From Actinomycetes bacterium (GTDB lineage Bacteria > Actinomycetota > Acidimicrobiia > Acidimicrobiales > RAAP-2): a DNA stretch of 64,000 nt. The position numbers and the translations under genes are program-made. Under the pieces are notes generated by a model. It was not told where the DNA came from and made no database searches. It was given only the letters and a program-made list of their open reading frames with translations. Shown in pieces: positions 17,529 through 25,677 of the stretch; position 1 is the stretch's first letter; every line of letters starts with the position of its first letter. Location of the stretch: positions 16,707 to 80,706 of the forward strand of contig JAKATH010000001.1 of the NCBI GenBank assembly GCA_021828055.1, given 5' to 3'.

Positions 17529-17659
17529 GCTGCAGGCACGGCTCGGCCCGCGCCCACCTCGCACCGTGGAGAACCGCAAGTCCGATCCAGAACGATCGGT
17601 GGAGATCCGACGGTACCACGGGACCTGCGCTGTCGAAGGCCCAGCAGGTGTCGCGTCAC

Positions 17660-17705
17660 CCGACGGCCGGCGGCATCGAGCTCGGTCGACGCCGCCGGCC
17701 GTCGG
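17660..17705 (-). terminator. strong GC-rich hairpin downstream of hisG (intrinsic-terminator-like, no U tract)
   Basis: 15-bp perfect stem CCGACGGCCGGCGGC / GCCGCCGGCCGTCGG with a 16-nt loop, 62 nt after the hisG stop. Confidence 0.45.
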
Positions 17706-17766
17706 TCACCGCCCTGGCCGGCGAGCTGGGCATCGGGCACGGCAGCTCGAAGACGATGCGTGCGAG

Positions 17767-18663
17767 TCAGTGGACGATCTTGGACAGGGCGAGCTCCAGG
17801 ATGTCGGTCGCGCCCTCGTCCTTCAGCGCCGGGATCAGCGTGTTGATGTCCGCCTTGGCGACGACCGTCTCCAAGGCGAACCCCCGGCCGCCCGACAGCT
17901 CGGACACGGTCGGGGCGCGCATCGACGGGAGCACGTCGAGGACCGCGTCGAGCTTCTCTGCGGGCACGTTGAGCTTGACGAGCACCTTCTCGCGCGCCTC
18001 GAGCGCGCCGGCGAGGAGGGTGTGGAGCTGCCCCATGGCGTGGCGCTTCCCGGGATCCTGCGCGGCGAGCGGGTTCGCGATGAGCTCCGTGCGCGAGACG
18101 AGCAGCGTCTCGAGCACCCGGAGGCCCGCTGCCCTGAGCGCCCTCCCCGTCTCGGTGATCTCCACGACGCAGTCGGCGACGTCGGGAACCTTCGCCTCGG
18201 TCGCGCCGTAGGAGAGCGACACGTCGGCGTCGATCCCGTGCGCCGAGAGCGCGCGGGCGGTGAGCTGCGGGTACTCGGTGCTCACCCGGAGCCGCCGTCC
18301 GGCGCCCCCCGCCGCGCCCGCCAGGTCCGCCAGGCTGTGCCACGGGGAGTCCCCGGCGACGGCGAGCACCACGCGCACCGGGTTGACGCTGGCCTTCGAG
18401 TAGGCGAGCTCCCCGAGCGTCACGACGTCCGCGGCCCGCTCCTCGATCCAGTCGCGCCCCGTGATCCCGATGTCGAACAGGCCCTCGGCCACGTACACGG
18501 GGATCTCCTGGGGACGCAGGATCCGGACCTCGCTCACGCGGGGATCGGAGATCGACGCGCGGTAGTCGACGTCGGACGCCCGCGACACGGCGAGGTCGGC
18601 CGCCTCGAACAGGGCGAGCGTCGCGTGCTCGAGCGACCCCTTCGGCAGGACGATGCGGAGCAC
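17767..18663 (-). CDS. hisG: ATP phosphoribosyltransferase (long form)
   Basis: VLRIVLPKGSL N-terminus, ...YPQLTARAL...VEITETGRALRAAGL..., C-terminal regulatory domain. GTG 18663 is 11 nt after the ribH stop. Confidence 0.9.
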   Translation of the reverse strand: MLRIVLPKGSLEHATLALFEAADLAVSRASDVDYRASISDPRVSEVRILRPQEIPVYVAEGLFDIGITGRDWIEERAADVVTLGELAYSKASVNPVRVVLAVAGDSPWHSLADLAGAAGGAGRRLRVSTEYPQLTARALSAHGIDADVSLSYGATEAKVPDVADCVVEITETGRALRAAGLRVLETLLVSRTELIANPLAAQDPGKRHAMGQLHTLLAGALEAREKVLVKLNVPAEKLDAVLDVLPSMRAPTVSELSGGRGFALETVVAKADINTLIPALKDEGATDILELALSKIVH

Positions 18664-18674
18664 GGTCCGCCGGC

Positions 18675-19223
18675 CTACGACACGGCCCGGAGGAGCCGCG
18701 CCATCTCGACCGCCGTGGCGGCGGCCTCCCGGCCCTTGTCCGAGCGCGCGAGCGCCTGGGCGGCGGTGTCGGTGGCGAGCACGCCGAACGCGACGGGCAC
18801 GCCGGTGTCGCACGCCACGCGCTGGATCCCGTGCGCGCACTCGTTCGCGACGAGGTCGTAGTGGCCGGTCTCGCCGCGCACGACCGCGCCGAGGCAGACC
18901 ACTGCGTCGACCCCGGCGCCGACGAGCGCACGCGCGAGCAGCGGCAGCTCGAACGCCCCCGGCACCCACGCGACCGTCACGTCGTTGCGGTCGACGCCGA
19001 GCTCGTCGAGGGTCTCGAGCGCGCCCTCGAGGAGCCGCAGGGTGACCGCGCCGTTGAACCGGGAGCAGGCGATCCCGACCCGCAGCCCCCCGCCGGGGTT
19101 CCGCTCCCCCGCGCCGGCGCCGGCGCCGAGCACGGGTCCCGCGGAGACCAGGCGGCCCACCCGGCCGGCGAACGGCTCGAGCGCGCCCTCGGGCATGCCC
19201 ATCCCTGTCTCGGCCCCCATCAA
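18675..19223 (-). CDS. ribH: 6,7-dimethyl-8-ribityllumazine synthase
   Basis: VPGAFELP and GAVVRGETGHYDLV. ATG 19223 is in ATGA overlap with the ribBA stop (a later Met start is possible). Confidence 0.9.
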   Translation of the reverse strand: MMGAETGMGMPEGALEPFAGRVGRLVSAGPVLGAGAGAGERNPGGGLRVGIACSRFNGAVTLRLLEGALETLDELGVDRNDVTVAWVPGAFELPLLARALVGAGVDAVVCLGAVVRGETGHYDLVANECAHGIQRVACDTGVPVAFGVLATDTAAQALARSDKGREAAATAVEMARLLRAVS

Positions 19224-20494
19224 CCGGCCCCCAGGTCGTCGAAGCCGTCGAAGCCGTCGAGGCCGTCGAGGGCGTCGAGGCCGTCGAGGCCGTCGAGGCC
19301 GTCGATCAGGTGCCCCATGCGCTCACGCTTCGTGCGGAGGTAGGCGAGGTTCTCGGGGTTCGGCACGGGCTGCAGGGGCACCCGCCCGACGATCTCGAGC
19401 CCGAAGCCGTCGATGCCGCCGTACTTGGACGGGTTGTTCGTCATGAGCCGCATGGTGGTGACGCCGAGGTCGACCAGGATCTGCGCGCCGATGCCGTACT
19501 CGCGCGTGTCGACGGGAAGGCCGAGCGCGACGTTCGCGTCCACGGTGTCGTGGCCCTGCTCCTGGAGGCGGTACGCACGGATCTTGTGCGCGAGGCCGAT
19601 GCCTCGCCCTTCGTGGCCGCGCAGGTACACGACCACCCCCCGGCCCTCCTCGGAGATGAGGTCCATCGCCTCCCGCAGCTGCGTGCCGCAGTCGCAGCGC
19701 AACGAGCCGAACACGTCGCCGGTCAGGCACTCCGAGTGCACGCGCACGAGCACGTCCGGCGCGATCTCTCCTCTCACGAGGGCGAGGTGCTGCTCGCCGT
19801 CGAGCACCGAGGCGTAGACGACCGCCCGCCAGTCCCCGACCTCCGTGGGGATCCGCGCCTCGGAGACGCGGCGCACGAGCTTCTCCGTCCGCCGGCGCCA
19901 CCGGATCAAGTCCCCGATCGAGATGAGCGGGAGCCCGTGGCGCTCGACGAACCGCTCGAGGTCGGCAAGCCGCGCCATCCCGGACTTGTCCTCGCTCACG
20001 ATCTCGCACAGCACGCCCGCCGGCGTGAGCCCGGCCGCCCGGGCGAGGTCGACGGTCGCCTCGGTGTGGCCGCCGCGCTTCAGCACCCCGCCCGGGCGGG
20101 AGCGGAGCGGGAAGATGTGGCCCGGACGGTTCAGGTCCTCGGGGCGGGTCGAAGGGTCGATGAGCGCCCTGATCGTGGCGGCGCGGTCGGCGGCGGAGAT
20201 ACCGGTCGTGGTCGTGCGCCGCGCGTCGACGCTCACCGTGAAGGCGGTCCGCTGCGACTCGGTGTTCTCGCTGACCATCAGCGGCAGCTGGAGCTCGTCG
20301 GCGCGCTCGGGGGAGACCGGCACGCAGATCACACCGGAGGTGTGCGCGAGGAAGAAGGCGATCGTCTCGGGCGTGGCGGCCTCGGCCGCCATCACGAGGT
20401 CGCCCTCGTTCTCGCGGTCCTCGTCGTCGACGACGACGACCATCCCGAGCCTGCCGATGGCATCGATCGCCGCTTCGACGGCGGAGAAGGGCAT
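19220..20494 (-). CDS. ribBA: bifunctional 3,4-dihydroxy-2-butanone-4-phosphate synthase / GTP cyclohydrolase II
   Basis: DDEDRENEGDLV (DHBPS half) and HSECLTGDVFGSLRCDCG (GCHII half). C-terminal GLD-type 9-bp repeat tail. Confidence 0.93.
   Translation of the reverse strand: MPFSAVEAAIDAIGRLGMVVVVDDEDRENEGDLVMAAEAATPETIAFFLAHTSGVICVPVSPERADELQLPLMVSENTESQRTAFTVSVDARRTTTTGISAADRAATIRALIDPSTRPEDLNRPGHIFPLRSRPGGVLKRGGHTEATVDLARAAGLTPAGVLCEIVSEDKSGMARLADLERFVERHGLPLISIGDLIRWRRRTEKLVRRVSEARIPTEVGDWRAVVYASVLDGEQHLALVRGEIAPDVLVRVHSECLTGDVFGSLRCDCGTQLREAMDLISEEGRGVVVYLRGHEGRGIGLAHKIRAYRLQEQGHDTVDANVALGLPVDTREYGIGAQILVDLGVTTMRLMTNNPSKYGGIDGFGLEIVGRVPLQPVPNPENLAYLRTKRERMGHLIDGLDGLDGLDALDGLDGFDGFDDLGAG
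19239..19301. repeat. tandem repeat, 9 bp x7
   Basis: GTCGA(A/G)G(C/G)C units. Encodes the DGLDGLDGLDALDGLDGFDGFD tail of RibBA, 16 nt upstream of the ribH start. Confidence 0.95.
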
Positions 20495-21549
20495 CAGGGC
20501 ATCCTTCCCTCGCCCGCGGGCGCCAGCTCGACGCGGAGGTCCTCGCCCAGCTGCTCGACCGACACGATCCGCCCGCGCCACACGTCGCCGATCGTGCCGG
20601 CGCCAGGCCCGTGGAAGAGGGGCCGGCCGTCGTCGCCGCCGAACAGCTTCGGCGCGAGGTAGAGCACGTAGCGGTCGACGAGACCGGCCGCGTGGAGGTC
20701 GTGGGCCACCTTCGCCCCACCCTCCACGAGGAGCTGCACCACGCCGCGGCGGGCCAGGTCCGAGAGGACGTCCGCCAGCTCTCCCGAGAGCTCGAGCGCG
20801 GGCTGCACCCTGGCGCCCTGCGGAGCGTGCCCGAGCACGACCCGCAGCGGCTGACGCGGTACGACGGTCGCGCAGGCGGCGGGGGGGCGCACCGTGAGCT
20901 CGGGGTCGTCGGCCCGCACGGTTCCAGCACCGACGAGCACGGCGTCGGACGCGGCGCGCAGCTCGTGCACGTCCCGCCGGGCCGCCTCCCCCGTGATCCA
21001 GCGGCTCGACCCGTCCGGCGCGGCGGTCCTGCCGTCCATGGTGGCAGCGAGCTTCAGGACCACCCACGGCCTGCCGGTCCTCCTGTGCTTCAGGTACGGG
21101 GCGAGCTGCCGCTCGACCGCCTCCGCCTGCGTCCCGACGGACACCTCGACGCCACGGGCCCGGAGCGCAGCGACTCCCCGGGCCGCCACGGCCGGGTCCG
21201 GGTCGACGAGCGCCACGACGACGCGCGCGACCCCCGCGGCGAGGATCGCGTCGACGCACGGCGGGGTACGGCCGAACTGCACGCACGGTTCGAGCGTCGT
21301 GTACAGGGTCGACCCCGCTGCGCTGTCGCCGGCCTCCGCCGCCAGCGCCAGCGCGGCGACCTCGGCATGGGGGCCGCCGGGCGGCGCGGTGGCCGCCTGG
21401 TAGGTGGCGGTCCCGGTCACGAGGACGGCGCCGACCCACGGGTTCGGCGACGCGCGCAGGCGGGCGGACTGCGCGGCGGCGATCGCACGGGCCATGTGCT
21501 CCTGGTCATCATGGGCCGTGCCGGGGGTCCCGGCGATCGTCGGCTGCAC
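20494..21549 (-). CDS. ribD: bifunctional riboflavin biosynthesis deaminase/reductase
   Basis: Zinc deaminase motifs HAEVAAL and PCVQFGRTPPC plus the reductase half. GTG 21549 follows GGGAGG; ATG 21495 is the alternative. Confidence 0.88.
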   Translation of the reverse strand: MQPTIAGTPGTAHDDQEHMARAIAAAQSARLRASPNPWVGAVLVTGTATYQAATAPPGGPHAEVAALALAAEAGDSAAGSTLYTTLEPCVQFGRTPPCVDAILAAGVARVVVALVDPDPAVAARGVAALRARGVEVSVGTQAEAVERQLAPYLKHRRTGRPWVVLKLAATMDGRTAAPDGSSRWITGEAARRDVHELRAASDAVLVGAGTVRADDPELTVRPPAACATVVPRQPLRVVLGHAPQGARVQPALELSGELADVLSDLARRGVVQLLVEGGAKVAHDLHAAGLVDRYVLYLAPKLFGGDDGRPLFHGPGAGTIGDVWRGRIVSVEQLGEDLRVELAPAGEGRMP

Positions 21550-21617
21550 CTCGCCTCCCAGTTGTGGGCCCTCTGCCTGCCCGCGGCCTGCCTGCACGTG
21601 CCTGTGGCCAGTCGAGT

Positions 21618-22322
21618 CTACCGGCCCTCGGAACGGCCCCCGCCGTGCGAGAGCACCGCGGCGCGGATCTCCTCGGTCGCTTCCCACGGGCGGTCCGCGC
21701 CGAAGATCGCCGACCCCGCGACGAACACGTTCGCCCCGGCAGCGGCCGCCCTCGGCGCGCTGTCCCGGTCGATGCCGCCGTCGACCTCGAGGTCGGCCAA
21801 GAGGCGCCGCTCGTCGAGCGCGCGGCGCACCGCGGCGATCTTGGGCAGGACCTCCGCCATGAACGCCTGCCCGCCAAACCCGGGGAACACCGTCATGCAC
21901 AGCACGAGGTCCACCCGGTCGAGGTAGGGCTCGACAGCCTCGAAGGGGGTGTCCGGGCTCGCCGCCAGCCCGACGCGCATCCCGAGCGCGCGGCACTGGT
22001 CGATGAGCTCGTCGGTGCGGCCCACCTCGACGTGGACCGTGCACCCGTCGGCACCGGCGTCCCGAAAGGCCCCGAGGTAGGCGCCCGGGTCGGTCATCAT
22101 CAGGTGGCAGTCGAAGTACAGCCCCGAATGCCTGCGGAGGGAGGCGACCACCGGCGGGCCGATGGTCAGGTTCGGCACGAAGTGCGCGTCCATGACGTCG
22201 ACGTGGAGCCAGTCGGCGACGCCGGCCACCTCGCCCACCGCTTCGGCCAGGCTGCCGAAGTCGGCGGAGAGCAGGGAGGGCGCCATCTTCAGCGTGCCCG
22301 GCTCGCCGTGCTCCCGTGCCAT
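21618..22322 (-). CDS. rpe: ribulose-phosphate 3-epimerase
   Basis: HVDVMDAHFVPN, MTVFPGFGGQ and EVDGGI. Alternative start ATG 22286. Confidence 0.92.
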   Translation of the reverse strand: MAREHGEPGTLKMAPSLLSADFGSLAEAVGEVAGVADWLHVDVMDAHFVPNLTIGPPVVASLRRHSGLYFDCHLMMTDPGAYLGAFRDAGADGCTVHVEVGRTDELIDQCRALGMRVGLAASPDTPFEAVEPYLDRVDLVLCMTVFPGFGGQAFMAEVLPKIAAVRRALDERRLLADLEVDGGIDRDSAPRAAAAGANVFVAGSAIFGADRPWEATEEIRAAVLSHGGGRSEGR

Positions 22323-22333
22323 CGGCTGCGAGC

Positions 22334-23281
22334 CTACGAGCCGCCGAGCCGCTCGCCGCCGACCGGGCGCGCGCCACGCAGCCATTCGGCCGCGCGCATG
22401 GGCGCTCTCCCTTCGGGCTGCACCCGCAGCAGCTGCAGCGCGCCGCGCCCGGTGACGGCGGTGGAGCCGACGAGGGACCCGGGCGCCGCCCCGACGCCGG
22501 CCGCCCCGACGCCGGGCGTCGCGACCGCCTCGGCGTCCAGCACGAGCAGCCGCCGCCCCCGCCACGTCGTCCACGCGCGGTCCAGGCGCACGACCCGTGC
22601 GAGCTCGGCAGCCGGCCGCGACCATGTGAGCCGGAGCTCTTCGGGGTCGAGCTTCTCCGCGTACGTCGGCTCGCCGGCTTGCGGCAGGGGCTCGGCGAGC
22701 GGGCGGCCGAGCACGTCGACGAGGAGGCGGGTGCCGACCTCGACGAGACGGCCGCGCAGCGACCCGAGGTGCTCGCCGGGCGCGATCTCGACCTCCCTGC
22801 TCGCGTACAGCGGGCCGGTGTCGAGCTCCTCTGCGAGCGCCATGACGCACACGCCGGTCACCGCGTCGCCGGCGAGGATCGCCCGCTCGACCGGCGCCGC
22901 GCCGCGCCAGCGCGGGAGCAGCGAGAAGTGGAGGTTCACCATCGGGAGCCGCTCCAGGACCGGCCCGGGGACGACGCGGCCGTAGGCGACCACGACGCCG
23001 AGCTCGGCACCCGCGTCGGCGACCGCGTCGAGCGCGTGGGCGACCGGGAGCCCGAGCTGCTCGGCCTCCGCCTTCACAGGGCTCGCGGAAGTGCCCGCTC
23101 CCCTGCCGCGCCGGCGGTCGGGCCGGGTGACCACGAGCCGCACGTCGTGCCCGGCCCGCACGAGCGCGCGCAGCGGCGTCACCGCGAGGGCAGGCGTGCC
23201 GAGGTAGACGAGCCTGCGGCTCGCCGCCGCCGGCGCGCCGGCCGTCTTCGTGCTCGCGGCGCCCGGTCCCCGCTCGCTCAG
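22334..23281 (-). CDS. fmt: methionyl-tRNA formyltransferase (start unresolved; CTG 23281 proposed)
   Basis: HFSLLPRWRGAAPVERAI motif. The conserved N-terminal RLVYLGTPALAV lies upstream of the first canonical start (GTG 23182). See the def-fmt finding. Confidence 0.75.
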   Translation of the reverse strand: MSERGPGAASTKTAGAPAAASRRLVYLGTPALAVTPLRALVRAGHDVRLVVTRPDRRRGRGAGTSASPVKAEAEQLGLPVAHALDAVADAGAELGVVVAYGRVVPGPVLERLPMVNLHFSLLPRWRGAAPVERAILAGDAVTGVCVMALAEELDTGPLYASREVEIAPGEHLGSLRGRLVEVGTRLLVDVLGRPLAEPLPQAGEPTYAEKLDPEELRLTWSRPAAELARVVRLDRAWTTWRGRRLLVLDAEAVATPGVGAAGVGAAPGSLVGSTAVTGRGALQLLRVQPEGRAPMRAAEWLRGARPVGGERLGGS

Positions 23282-23302
23282 CGCCCGGTCCCCGCTCGCT
23301 CA
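23259..23302. repeat. perfect tandem duplication, 22 bp x2
   Basis: GCGCCCGGTCCCCGCTCGCTCA x2, between def and the conserved part of fmt. Confidence 0.95.
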
Positions 23303-23308
23303 GCGCTC

Positions 23309-23363
23309 GATCACCCGGCGATCACCCGGCGAGCACGCGGCGATCACCCGGCGAGCACGCGGG
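23309..23363. repeat. tandem duplication, 22 bp x2.5, of the def 3' end including its stop codon
   Basis: GATCACCCGGC + GATCACCCGGCGAGCACGCGGC + GATCACCCGGCGAGCACGCGGG. The real def stop is 23344-23346. Confidence 0.95.
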
Positions 23364-23832
23364 CGCGCAGCACCTTCAGCGCCTCGCGCCGCTGGTCCTC
23401 GTCGAGCCGCTCGATGAGGAGCGTCCCGTCCAGGTGGTCCACCTCGTGCTGGAAGACGCGCGCCTGGTACTCCTCCGCTTCGATCGACAGCTCCTTCCCG
23501 TCGAGGTCGAGGCCGCTCAGGTGCACCCTGTTCGGACGGACGATGGTCCAGCTGAGGCCGGGGACCGAGAGGCATCCCTCCTCGAAGGTCCACTCTCCCG
23601 ACGTCTCGGTGATGCGCGGGTTGATCACGACCTGCGGGCCGTCGCCGATGTCGTAGACGAAGAGCCGCCGCCGCACGCCGACCTGGTTGGCGGCGAGGCC
23701 CACGCCAGGAGCCTCGCGCATGGTCTCGATCATGTCGCCGACGAGCCTGGCGAGGCGGCCGTCGATCTCTTCCACGTCCTTCGTCGGCTGCTTGAGGACC
23801 GGGTCCCCGTACGTGCGAATGCTGAGCACCAC
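23344..23832 (-). CDS. def: peptide deformylase
   Basis: GVGLAANQVG, EGCLSVPG and QHEVDHLDG. TAAACT box 5 nt before the GTG start. Confidence 0.95.
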   Translation of the reverse strand: MVLSIRTYGDPVLKQPTKDVEEIDGRLARLVGDMIETMREAPGVGLAANQVGVRRRLFVYDIGDGPQVVINPRITETSGEWTFEEGCLSVPGLSWTIVRPNRVHLSGLDLDGKELSIEAEEYQARVFQHEVDHLDGTLLIERLDEDQRREALKVLRARVLAG

Positions 23833-23934
23833 TCCCGAGTTTAGGCGAGGAACCCGGCGCGGCAGCAGGGCACGGCTGCGCCGCGTACGGCCGGCCGCTA
23901 CCGAGGCCGGGCCGCGAGGAGGGGCCGAAGGTCG

Positions 23935-25677
23935 TCACACGTCGACGGGGTCGACGCGAACGCCGCCCTGCAGGGGCGTGACGGCGTCGCACAGCGTCCG
24001 GTGGTCGGGCGCGCGCAGGAGCCAGAGGCCTGGCTGCAGCGGCGACACCTCCACGCCCTCGGCGCCGAGGTCGGGCGTGGCGTCCGCCTTCAGCGTCGCC
24101 AGCGCGCTGAACGGCGGCAGGCGCAGCGCCTCCCGCAGGTCCAGCTCTGTGAAGAGCCCCGGGTCCCCGCCCGCCGCGGCGCGCAGCACGTCGTGGGTCG
24201 GGAGCCGGGTCTGGACCATCACGATCCCCGCCCTCCCTCCGGCGACGCCGCCGCCCTCCCGGTCTCCACGGCCGCCGACGAGACGCCCCGCTCGCACGAG
24301 CAGCGCGAGCGACTCCTCCCCAGCGGAGAAGCGCGGAGCGAGGAGGTGCTGGTCGAAGTCCAAGAAGACGATCGCCTCGGCGCGCCGCACCCGGTGCAGC
24401 ACCGCCTCCGTGCCGACCAGGACAGGTGTGCGGGGAACGGCCGCCTCGGCGTCGCGGGAGCCGGTCCGCCGGCCGGAGACCTCCCCGACCGGCACGCCCA
24501 GGAGCGCCTCGAGCTCCTCACGGGCCCGCCCGACGCCCATGCGAAGGACCCTCAGGCGCACCGAGCCGCACGCCGCGCACACGACGGGCCGCTCCGCCCC
24601 GCACCTCCTGCAGCCCAGCACGTCGCCGGCCGACTCCACGGCACGCCCGCACTCCGCGCAGCGCACGAGCCCGCCGCACGCCGCGCACGCGAGCAGCCTC
24701 GCCCGTCCCGCCCGGTTGAGCACGCACACGACGCGTCCGCCGCCGGCCACCACCTCGCGGGCGAGGGCCACCAGCTCCTCGGAGAACAGCCCGGTGCGAG
24801 GGTCCGCGCCCCGGCGGTCGACGACGAAGACCGCTGGCCATCCCGACCGCTCGGTCGAGCGCTCGGGGGCCTCGAGCGGGCCGTAGCGGGCTCGCTGCAC
24901 CGCGGTCGGACAGGGCGAGACGAGCACGCACGGCGCGCCGTCCCGCGCGGCGCGCTCGGCCACCACCTCCACGGCGTCGTAACGGTCGTGGTAGTCGTGC
25001 ACGTCGAGGACCACCGCCGCGGCGAGCGACGGCACCGGCGCCCACGCCGCCGCCCGGGACCCGACCACGACCGGCCACCCCGCCGCGGCCTCCGCCCAGC
25101 TCGACGCCACGTCGAGGCCCCGGGCCCGGAGCCTCTGGCCGAGCCGGTCGGCCCACCCGGTGCTCGGCGCGAGGACGAGCACCGACCTCCGCCCCGGCCC
25201 CGCAGGGCCCGCCGCCCCTGCCGCGGCGATCACCTCGAGGACCGCCGGGAGGAGGTCCTGCGCCGGGGGCAGGCGGCGGAGCGCCGCACCCGGACGGAGC
25301 GGGCCCGCCGCGACCGCGCGTCCCGCCGGCCGCATGCCGCCGGCCGGCGGGGCCGGCAGCGCCGAGACGTTGCGGTCGGGCGACGCGGTGCGCAGCAGGG
25401 TCGCGACCGGCATGGCCCAGCGCCATGCGCCCCACTCGGCGAGCTGGAGGACGCCCGCGGGCGGGCCCCACCCCGACACCCCGGTCACCTCGCGCACCTC
25501 GACGCCCGCCGGCGGCGTGACCCCGATCTCGGCGACCCACGCGCCGACACGACGTCCGTGGAACGGCACGCGCACCCGGGTGCCCAGCCGGACGTCGCGC
25601 TGCCAGCGCAGGGGCACCGAGTAGTCGAACCGGCGCCGGCTCACCGCCGGCACGTCCGGGACGACGCGGACGATCAG
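23935..25677 (-). CDS. priA: primosomal protein N' (PriA) family protein with degenerate ATPase motifs
   Basis: N-terminal [20 protein letters not shown] and four CxxC pairs ([14 protein letters not shown]...CRRCG...CAACG). No GKT/GKS Walker A. Start inferred at CTG 25677 in CTGA overlap with the metK stop. Confidence 0.75.
   Translation of the reverse strand: MIVRVVPDVPAVSRRRFDYSVPLRWQRDVRLGTRVRVPFHGRRVGAWVAEIGVTPPAGVEVREVTGVSGWGPPAGVLQLAEWGAWRWAMPVATLLRTASPDRNVSALPAPPAGGMRPAGRAVAAGPLRPGAALRRLPPAQDLLPAVLEVIAAAGAAGPAGPGRRSVLVLAPSTGWADRLGQRLRARGLDVASSWAEAAAGWPVVVGSRAAAWAPVPSLAAAVVLDVHDYHDRYDAVEVVAERAARDGAPCVLVSPCPTAVQRARYGPLEAPERSTERSGWPAVFVVDRRGADPRTGLFSEELVALAREVVAGGGRVVCVLNRAGRARLLACAACGGLVRCAECGRAVESAGDVLGCRRCGAERPVVCAACGSVRLRVLRMGVGRAREELEALLGVPVGEVSGRRTGSRDAEAAVPRTPVLVGTEAVLHRVRRAEAIVFLDFDQHLLAPRFSAGEESLALLVRAGRLVGGRGDREGGGVAGGRAGIVMVQTRLPTHDVLRAAAGGDPGLFTELDLREALRLPPFSALATLKADATPDLGAEGVEVSPLQPGLWLLRAPDHRTLCDAVTPLQGGVRVDPVDV

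Noticed and set aside
21550-21617. FMN riboswitch upstream of ribD
   Set aside because: The spacer is only about 68 nt and I cannot see the conserved RFN core. This needs an Infernal scan to be certain.
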